Source: Myxococcota bacterium (GTDB lineage Bacteria > Myxococcota > JACRCW01). Taken from it: a stretch of DNA of 28,874 nt. Shown piece after piece: positions 1 through 6,910 of this stretch (positions within the stretch are counted from its first letter, which is position 1; each line of letters opens with the position of its first letter). The notes beneath the pieces are model-generated. The model did not search any database and was not told the DNA's origin. It worked only from the letters and a program-made list of their open reading frames with translations. The stretch spans positions 1-28,874 of the forward strand of contig JBFMGU010000135.1 of the NCBI GenBank assembly GCA_040752415.1, given 5' to 3'. A program made the position numbers and the translations under genes.

Positions 1-1
1 C

Positions 2-169
2 TGCGGGCTCCTGGTGGCGGCGCTGGCGGGCTTTGACCTGGTGGACAAGTTCGACTTCTCCGGCTCCAGCCCGCTCACGTCGACGGCGCTGGGCTCCCTG
101 CTGCCGTTTGTGGGCCTCGCCTTCGGGCTCTGGTGGTTTGGAACGCGCGGCAAGAGCGCCGCCACCTGA
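2..169 (+). CDS. 3' end of a membrane protein (partial, runs off window)
   Basis: Frame 2 is open from the edge to TGA at 167-169, reading CGLLVAALAGFDLVDKFDFSGSSPLTSTALGSLLPFVGLAFGLWWFGTRGKSAAT*, with GC-rich third positions and hydrophobic segments. Confidence 0.65.
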   Translation, partial: CGLLVAALAGFDLVDKFDFSGSSPLTSTALGSLLPFVGLAFGLWWFGTRGKSAAT

Positions 170-293
170 GCCTGCGGTTTCCCCACGGCACCGGTACGCT
201 GGAACCGTCAGAAAACTGATGTCTCCCCGACGCACACCCCGCGTCCCTCCAGCGATTCCGCGATGTTATCCGCCTCCTCCGCCCGGCTGGGCG

Positions 294-310
294 CTGGCCA
301 CAACCTTGCT
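294..310 (+). promoter_or_regulatory. Possible sigma54 (-24/-12) promoter
   Basis: CTGGCCACAACCTTGCT has GG-N10-GC spacing with TTGC, 16 nt before the ATG at 326. No SD is visible, consistent with a nearly leaderless transcript. Confidence 0.4.
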
Positions 311-325
311 AGCGTTCACGCCGCC

Positions 326-2935
326 ATGTTGCGACGCGTCCTGCTCCTCGTGTTGACGGCGTTCCTGGGTGCGTGCCCGGAGCCGGGGGACGTGCGCAGC
401 TTTGAGCGGCAGGCGGAGGTGGACCGCGCCGAGCTCACGCTGGGTCCCACGCGCGCCGGCATTCCGGTGCAGGGCGTGGTGCGGATGCGCAACCGCGCGG
501 AGGACAGCGTGCGGGCCAGCGTGACGGTGGAGCCGGCGGGAGATGCTTTCACCGTCCTCACCAGCGAGGTGTCCGCGGGACGCGACTGGGTGGACATCCC
601 CGTGCAGCTGCTCTCCTTCACCGACGGAACGTTCGAGGGAACGCTGCGCCTGAGCACCAACAGCACCGGGGAGCGTGAGTTCACGGTGCGCCTGCGTGGC
701 GTGGTCAACCCGCCGCCCGACTGCAACGACGACAACCCCTGCACGCTGGACCTGCTGGAGAACGACACCTGCTACCACACGCCGGTGAGCGGTGCGTGTG
801 ACGACGGCAGCCTGTGCACCGTCGAGGACCGCTGCGTGAACGGCCAGTGCACCGGGGAGCTGTTGGACTGCGGCGACGGCGTGGGCTGCACGGTGGACAC
901 CTGCGACCCCGCGCTGGGCTGCGTCCACGTCCCGCGCGTGGAGGACTGTTCCGACGGGAACCCGTGCACGCAGGACCTCTGCAACCCCGTGACCGGCTGC
1001 GCCAACGTGGTGAGCCCCAACGGCACACTGTGCGGTCCGCCCGCGTGCTCGGCGTTGCCGCTGTGCGTCGACGGGGACTGCCGTGCGCTCCCCGCTCCCG
1101 ACGGGTTCCCGTGTGAGGACGGTGACCCGTGCAGCATTGGCGACACGTGTCGTTCCGGCGTGTGCGAGAAAGGCGTGGGCGAGGAGATGGGCGTGGCGGA
1201 CCCGGTGGTGGTGGGCGCCATGTCTCCTTCCGACGTGGGCGTGACGGTGGAGCCGGTGGAGGTGGGCGGGATCCAGCCCATGGAGAGCGGCGTGGTGCGC
1301 GTGGTGTGGCGCAGCGCTCCCCTCGGCGTGACCCGCTGTCCCGACGGAAGCTGCGACAACCAGGACCCCTCCGTGGCCTGCAACCCGACGCTGCGCGCCA
1401 CCCACGGCGGCCACGCCATCCAGGTCACCGACGTGGATTCGGAAGGCAACGTGCTCCGTCGCGCCGAGCTGGCTGCGCCCCACGCCGGCGACGCGGCGGT
1501 GGCGGTGCGCGCGTCCAACACCTCGCGCGGGATTGCGGTGGTGGCCCAGTTCCGCTCCCGTCCGTCGTGCGAGTGCGAGGACACCAGCGCCTGTCCGCCG
1601 GCGCGCATCGAGAGCGCGTTCTACCTCGTGGCCACCGACGGGACCGTGCAGGGACCCCAGGTGCTGGCGACGGTGGACGAGGATCCGCTGCTGGGACCGG
1701 GCTGGCGGCTGCCCATTGCGCTCGGCGTCAACGGGGACACCGCGGTGGCGCTTGGCAGCGTGATGGGCCTCAACCAGTGCGACGGGCAGTGCCCCAACAT
1801 CGTGCGTCTCCTGTTGCACCGCGTGAACCTCGCCAGCTCGCCCCCCGCGCTGGGTGCGGTGCGGGAGGTCCGCGTGATCGTGGGCGCCACCAGCGACGCG
1901 TTGTCCGACGTGCAGGACGTCTCGGTCATGCCGGATGACGACGAGGCGACGCTGGTGTGGCGGGTGGCGGGCGGCAGCGTGAACGGATTGGCCTGCGGTC
2001 CGGTCGACGGGCGTCCGTGGCAGGCGGTGCGTTGGAACGGCGCGCTGGAGAACGGCATCAGCATCACCGACCAGCAGCTTCTGGCCTTGGAGCTCACGCA
2101 CGCGTCCGGTGTGACGGTCGCCGCGGATGCGCTGGGCCCGGTGACGTTCCTGGGCGAGCGCACCGTCACCACGGAGCCCTGCACCTGCGACGGCGGCCCC
2201 TGCCCCACCGACGACGCCGGCAGCCCATGCGTCACCTGCGTGGTGCAGGAACGGCTCACTTCGCAACAGGGCAGCGGGGGGGAGCTGTTGTGGGAGCGTC
2301 GCTCCGAGGGCGGAAGCGCGGCGATGATGCGTTTGACGTCGGGGGCGGCGTTCGGTCGCGCGGTGGGCGTGGCCGTGCTCGCCGACGGCACCGTGGGTCT
2401 GGCCAGTCCGCCGCTTGCCACCTCCCCGCTGCTGACCGCGGAGTTCACCCCACCCGAGGGATTCCCGGTACACGTGCTGCCGCAGTCGCCGGCGGTGCTG
2501 GAGCCTTTTGGAACGCGCGCGTACGTGGCGGCCCTGATGGGCGTGGACCTGGGTCCGTGGCGCCTCAACACCGTGGCGCTGGTGCAGGCAGGCTGTGGCC
2601 TTCAGCCCACCGGCACCATCAAGGGCTGGCAATGGCCCGACGCGGGACATCCTGTTCTCGACGCGGGCACGTCGGACGGCGCGACCACCGACGGATCCGA
2701 CGGTGGCGACACGGACGCGGGCAGCATGGACGGAGGATCTTCCCCGGACGCGGGCACCGACGGTGGTGACCTGGTCGACGCTGCCGTCCTCGACGCAGGC
2801 GTGGCGGACGGCGGGACTGGTGGCTCGTCCGACGGAGGCGTCCGCGACGGAGGCGTGGCGGACGGCGGGATTGATGCGGGCGCAGGCACCGACGCGGGTG
2901 GGGTGGAGGCGGGTGTTCCGTCGAGCGGGCCCTGA
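326..2935 (+). CDS. Cys-rich surface lipoprotein (Ig-like domain, Dictyostelium-type CTxDxC repeats, beta-rich core, DAG/DGG low-complexity tail), 869 aa
   Basis: ATG 326 gives MLRRVLLLVLTAFLGA-C (lipobox). Repeats CNDDNPCTLD, CDDGSLCTVEDRC, CGDGVGCTVDTC, CSDGNPCTQDLC, CEDGDPCSIGDTC. C-terminal DAG/DGG repeats. Strong GC3 bias. Confidence 0.85.
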   Translation: MLRRVLLLVLTAFLGACPEPGDVRSFERQAEVDRAELTLGPTRAGIPVQGVVRMRNRAEDSVRASVTVEPAGDAFTVLTSEVSAGRDWVDIPVQLLSFTDGTFEGTLRLSTNSTGEREFTVRLRGVVNPPPDCNDDNPCTLDLLENDTCYHTPVSGACDDGSLCTVEDRCVNGQCTGELLDCGDGVGCTVDTCDPALGCVHVPRVEDCSDGNPCTQDLCNPVTGCANVVSPNGTLCGPPACSALPLCVDGDCRALPAPDGFPCEDGDPCSIGDTCRSGVCEKGVGEEMGVADPVVVGAMSPSDVGVTVEPVEVGGIQPMESGVVRVVWRSAPLGVTRCPDGSCDNQDPSVACNPTLRATHGGHAIQVTDVDSEGNVLRRAELAAPHAGDAAVAVRASNTSRGIAVVAQFRSRPSCECEDTSACPPARIESAFYLVATDGTVQGPQVLATVDEDPLLGPGWRLPIALGVNGDTAVALGSVMGLNQCDGQCPNIVRLLLHRVNLASSPPALGAVREVRVIVGATSDALSDVQDVSVMPDDDEATLVWRVAGGSVNGLACGPVDGRPWQAVRWNGALENGISITDQQLLALELTHASGVTVAADALGPVTFLGERTVTTEPCTCDGGPCPTDDAGSPCVTCVVQERLTSQQGSGGELLWERRSEGGSAAMMRLTSGAAFGRAVGVAVLADGTVGLASPPLATSPLLTAEFTPPEGFPVHVLPQSPAVLEPFGTRAYVAALMGVDLGPWRLNTVALVQAGCGLQPTGTIKGWQWPDAGHPVLDAGTSDGATTDGSDGGDTDAGSMDGGSSPDAGTDGGDLVDAAVLDAGVADGGTGGSSDGGVRDGGVADGGIDAGAGTDAGGVEAGVPSSGP

Positions 2936-3022
2936 TCCGCGCCAAGCCAGGGAACAAGCGGGATTGACAAGCCCCCAGGGCACTCTTCAGATCCGCGCCC
3001 CACGTTCGTGGAGCGGATCCCC

Positions 3023-3619
3023 ATGGCCAAGACCACGCGAAACACCGGCGCCCGTCCCGAGGCGCTGCTCGCCACCCAGCAGGACCACCTGGATGCCCTC
3101 CACGAAGGACTGGAGAACGTCCGCACCCGCTTGGAGAGTCTCCAGGATGATCTGCGCTCCCTGCTCGCCCACGCGGCGGAGCTGGCCACCGGTCAGGAAG
3201 CGCTGCGCGAGCAGCTGGGAACGCGCGCGTCCGAGCCCACGCCCGAACGCACGCCGGAATCCGCTCCCGCGCCCACCGTCGCCGCTGCGGCACGCGGCGC
3301 GCGCGAGGTGACGCTCTCCGGTCCCCGCGGTGCCAACGCGCGCGGTGTGTTCGGCAAGGAGGGACTCACGGTGCTGCGCGGCTCGGAGATCGCCGACCCC
3401 ATGGTGCCCTCCATGCCCGCGCCCCTGCGCGCCCTGCGACAGCAGCTCCTGGATGAGCGCGTGGTGGTCCGCGCCCGCAACCGTCTCACCTTCGCCCACG
3501 ACCACGTCTTCTCCAGCCCCTCCGCGGCCGCAGCGGTGGTGATGGGCCGCAACGCCAATGGCTGGCGTGAGTGGCGCGACAAGCGCGGTCGCACGCTGGA
3601 AGACGCCAAGCGTCGCTGA
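3023..3619 (+). CDS. Coiled-coil + DUF4357-like domain protein, 198 aa
   Basis: GGAG upstream of ATG 3023. N-terminal heptads (LDALHEGLENVRTRLESLQDDL). C-terminal VLRGS...DHVFSSPSAAAAVVMGRNANGWREWRDKRGRTL is the pattern I recognise for DUF4357. Confidence 0.8.
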   Translation: MAKTTRNTGARPEALLATQQDHLDALHEGLENVRTRLESLQDDLRSLLAHAAELATGQEALREQLGTRASEPTPERTPESAPAPTVAAAARGAREVTLSGPRGANARGVFGKEGLTVLRGSEIADPMVPSMPAPLRALRQQLLDERVVVRARNRLTFAHDHVFSSPSAAAAVVMGRNANGWREWRDKRGRTLEDAKRR

Positions 3620-3855
3620 CGAAGCATCCTCTGGACATCCCGAGCGCGAGCGCACCGCAGGCATGTCGCCGCCTGGGCAGGCACCCCTGCGCCCGACGCT
3701 GTCATGGCCGCTGTGGCACCACGGTGTGCACTGACGGGGTCGTGAGCAGAACCAAAATGCGCACTCCTTGCAGGCCTTGCGCGCCGATCACGAAAGCCGT
3801 GCGAGAAATCGGTCGGTGCGGGGCGTTTTTCCGAGGAGCGCGAGAGCGGCGGGCG

Positions 3856-3872
3856 CTGGCACGCAGGTCGCA
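3856..3872 (+). promoter_or_regulatory. Putative sigma54 promoter
   Basis: CTGGCACGCAGGTCGCA = TGGCACG-N4-TCGC, one mismatch from the TGGCACG-N4-TTGC consensus, in a ~690-nt intergenic gap. Confidence 0.55.
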
Positions 3873-4277
3873 AAGACCGCTGCCGAGCCCGGCGGTCTGT
3901 GACGGACCAAAAGGCGGCATGATTTCAACCAACCCCGGCTGCCCCGCCGGAGAAAGGAGAAACCTGTCGGAACAGGTTGGCGTCCAGATCGCAATCTCTG
4001 GCGTCGTACCGTGTACACGGACTTCCTCGCTCCCGTTGCTTCGCAGCAGCTCGCGACCTCCTGCCGAAGCTTGGGCCCCTCTTGGAAGCACGTGTGGAAC
4101 CTGGAACGACAGAAGACGGACTGCTCCGCCTCAAACCTCCATGCAGCGACGTTCCTGGCAGGCGTTCGTCGCGGGAGGAGCTCCTTGGAGTGGTCCATCG
4201 CCCCCAACGCTGTTGCGAAGCGTTGTCCATGCCGTCCCGACCCACCGTCCCTGATCGCCGGCTGCTTTTTGATTCTC

Positions 4278-4323
4278 CATGCCGTGGCTCCTTCTGATAG
4301 GGAGCCACGGCATGTCTTTTTCT
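4278..4323 (+). terminator. Perfect 14-bp hairpin + U-rich tract overlapping the SD and start codon of the SDR gene
   Basis: CATGCCGTGGCTCC (4278-4291), loop TTCTGATAG, GGAGCCACGGCATG (4301-4314), then TCTTTTTCT. Confidence 0.55.
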
Positions 4324-5115
4324 ACCGTCTTCAAGGCTGACATCCTCAAGGGTCGCACCGCGCTTGTCACCGGCGGTGGTTCCGGCATCTGCAAGGCCGT
4401 GGCGCACGCGCTCGGTCGACACGGTGCCAACGTGTTCATCACCAGCCGCAACGCGGAACGGCTGCAGGAAGCCGCGCGGGAGATGGGCGCGGACGGCGTG
4501 AACGTGGGGTGGCACGCCGGCGACGTGCGCAAGCCGCCCGAGGTGGAAGCCACCATCCACGCGTGCCGGGAGAAGTTCGGCGGGGTGGACATCCTGGTGA
4601 ACGGCGCCGCGGGCAACTTCCTCTGCCCGGCGGGCGCGCTCTCCTACAACGCGTTCAAGACGGTGGTGGACATCGACCTCGACGGTACGTTCAACATGTG
4701 CAAGGCGGCCTTTGAGCTGCTGCAGCAGTCCAAGCACGCGTGCGTCATCAACATCAGCGCCACGCTGCACTACGGCGCCACGCCGCTGATGCTGCACGCC
4801 TCCGCCGCCAAGGCGGGTGTCGACGCGCTGACGCGCAACCTGGGCGTGGAGTGGGGACCGCTGGGCATCCGCGTCAACGGCATTGCGCCCGGCCCCATTG
4901 CGGGCACGGAGGGCATGGACCGCCTGGCGCCCGGTGAGATGGGACAGAAGCTGGCTGCGCGCATCCCGCTCGGTCGCTTCGGTCGGCTCGAAGAGATCGG
5001 CGACGCCGCGGTGTTCCTGGCGTCGGACGCCGCGTCCTACATCAACGGCACCACGCTGGTGGTCGACGGTGGCGCGTGGATGGTGGGGCGCCTGCACCTG
5101 GACGAGATGGGCTGA
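4312..5115 (+). CDS. Short-chain dehydrogenase/reductase, 2,4-dienoyl-CoA reductase (DECR2/SPS19-like), 267 aa
   Basis: TGGGSGI Rossmann motif, ILVNGAAGNFLCPA, NAFKTVVDIDL.GTFN, NISATLHY, HASAAKAGVDALTR (no catalytic Tyr, as in this subfamily), IAPGPI. GGAG SD before ATG 4312. Confidence 0.9.
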   Translation: MSFSTVFKADILKGRTALVTGGGSGICKAVAHALGRHGANVFITSRNAERLQEAAREMGADGVNVGWHAGDVRKPPEVEATIHACREKFGGVDILVNGAAGNFLCPAGALSYNAFKTVVDIDLDGTFNMCKAAFELLQQSKHACVINISATLHYGATPLMLHASAAKAGVDALTRNLGVEWGPLGIRVNGIAPGPIAGTEGMDRLAPGEMGQKLAARIPLGRFGRLEEIGDAAVFLASDAASYINGTTLVVDGGAWMVGRLHLDEMG

Positions 5116-5176
5116 GCCGCGGCCGGGCGTCGTCGTCGCGGCCAGCGAGATCGACGTCGTCACCGGGGTGCGTGGC

Positions 5177-6427
5177 TCACGCGCGCCTGCGTGCCTCCCG
5201 GGGCGGCAGGGCGCTGGGCAGGTGGAGGGTGAAGCGGCTTCCCTTCCCCTGCTGACTCTGCACTTCCAGTCGACCGCCGAGCAGGCGCGCCAGGTCCGCG
5301 GCCAACGCCAGGCCCAGCCGGGAACCGCGCGCCGGCCCCACCATCTTCCGACGTGACGGCCCCAGCTGGTGCATCTTCTCGAAGATGTGCTCCAGCTCCT
5401 CCTGGCTCATGCCCTCGCCGGTGTCGGCCACGTGCAGCGCCACGCCCTCCGCGGTGGGCTCCACCTCCAGGTCCAACCGCCCCTTCTGCGTGGAGCGCGC
5501 GGCGTTCATGCACAGGTTCCACAGGATCTGGCGCACCTTGCTCGGGTCGCTGACCACCTGCGCGGGACGCACCCTGACGTGCACCTCCACGGGCCGGCCC
5601 GCCAGCATCTCCACCGACGAGGAACGCAGGTCCTCCAGCAGGGGCGCCAGCTCCAGCGGCACGCTGACCGGCTCCACGCGCCCGGCCTCCAGGCGCGCCA
5701 GGTCCAGCAGGTCGTTGATGAGCTCCAGCAGCTGCGTCCCCGCGCCCTGGATGAGCTCCAGCTGCTTGCCCTGCTCCGGCGTCAACGGGCCGCTGGCCTG
5801 GTCCAGCAGCACGCTGGTGAAGCCCACAATCGTCGTCAGCGGGGTGCGGAGCTCATGGCTGACGTTGGCCAGGAACTGGCTGCGCAGGGCATCCGCCTGG
5901 GCCAGGCTGACGCGCGCTTCCTCCAGCTGGCGTTGCAGCTTGGCGGCGTGGTCGGCGTGGTCCTGCAGCCGCTCCTCCAGCTCACGCACGGTGTGCTGGG
6001 CCATCTGCTGGGCCGCGCGCAGGCTCTCGGTCTGCCGGTGGTGGGCCAGCGCCTGACGCACCGACTCGGCCAGCCACTGCTCCCCCTCGGGCTTGACCGG
6101 CAGCGGCAGCACGCCCGGCTCCAGCCCCACCGGCGGCTCCGCCCCGCGACACAGCACCAGCAGCGGCGTGCTGAGATCCAGCCGCTGCAGGCTGGTGACG
6201 ACGGAGGGGTCGGTGCGCTGCATGGCTTCCCCCACCAGCCAGCACTCATGGTGACCGGACTGAGCCAGTTTCAACGCCTGCGCCAGGTTGCGCGCCACCT
6301 CCACGCGCATGCCCGCCCGCGTCAGCGCCCCGCGCGCCGCCTCCACCAGCTCCGGGTCATCTTCCACCAGCAGGACCCGGGCGCTCCGTTGCGCCGTGGT
6401 CCCCACACTCGCGACCGACTGGCTCAC
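5177..6427 (-). CDS. Hybrid sensor histidine kinase: degenerate receiver, coiled coil, HisKA, HATPase; ~416 aa (start uncertain)
   Basis: RVLLVEDD receiver start; FLANVSHELRTPL H-box; QILWNLCMNA N-box; DTGEGM G1; VQSQQGKGSRF C-terminus. GTG 6427 chosen as start; the 5' extension of the ORF to 7054 looks non-coding. Confidence 0.85.
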   Translation of the reverse strand: MSQSVASVGTTAQRSARVLLVEDDPELVEAARGALTRAGMRVEVARNLAQALKLAQSGHHECWLVGEAMQRTDPSVVTSLQRLDLSTPLLVLCRGAEPPVGLEPGVLPLPVKPEGEQWLAESVRQALAHHRQTESLRAAQQMAQHTVRELEERLQDHADHAAKLQRQLEEARVSLAQADALRSQFLANVSHELRTPLTTIVGFTSVLLDQASGPLTPEQGKQLELIQGAGTQLLELINDLLDLARLEAGRVEPVSVPLELAPLLEDLRSSSVEMLAGRPVEVHVRVRPAQVVSDPSKVRQILWNLCMNAARSTQKGRLDLEVEPTAEGVALHVADTGEGMSQEELEHIFEKMHQLGPSRRKMVGPARGSRLGLALAADLARLLGGRLEVQSQQGKGSRFTLHLPSALPPREARRRA

Positions 6428-6910
6428 GACGGGCCCCACTGCAGGGACGGTGTCTTCATTGGCATGGCAGGCTCCCCCCCAACCCGATGGGCACCCTAAC
6501 CTGTCGCGCATCCACCGGCCAGACCTCCGTGCCGCCCCCCCATGGCTTTTCCGGTGGGAGGCTGTGCGCTGAGGGGCCGCGCCTTCCCGCGCAGCTGTTG
6601 CACAGCGTCGGGTTGCTCCTGGCGGCGTCCCCGCTGGCGCCCGCGAGGGATCCCCCGGGCGCACCGCGGAGCAATGGCGGGTCATCACATGCAGCGCTCC
6701 GGGCACGGAGTTGCCTGGGCGGATACTGGGCGCGGGAGGCGGGGTGTTGCTGAAACGCCCTGCCGCGGGCCTCGCCGGAAACGGTGACGTGGGGACTCGT
6801 CGCGGCGGGGACGGAAGCCCTCGCCGGCCGCGCGACCAGGGCGGGCTCGTTTTCGCCGCGCGCTCAGGCCCACATTGACCTCGCCGTGTCCCAGGCGGTC
6901 TAGTGCCGTG

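Noticed and set aside
266..2983. 905-aa minus-strand ORF and other long antisense or alternate-frame ORFs (e.g. 12619..16080, 17033..19711, 9238..11184, 19865..21826)
   Set aside because: Shadows of real genes caused by high GC3; Arg/His/Gly-rich with no motifs.
2964..2992. TTGACA upstream of the DUF4357-like gene
   Set aside because: Perfect -35 but no convincing -10 at 16-18 nt.
6700..6716. GGGCACGGAGTTGC as a sigma54 site
   Set aside because: GGCACG to TTGC spacing is one base short of consensus and the upstream T is missing.
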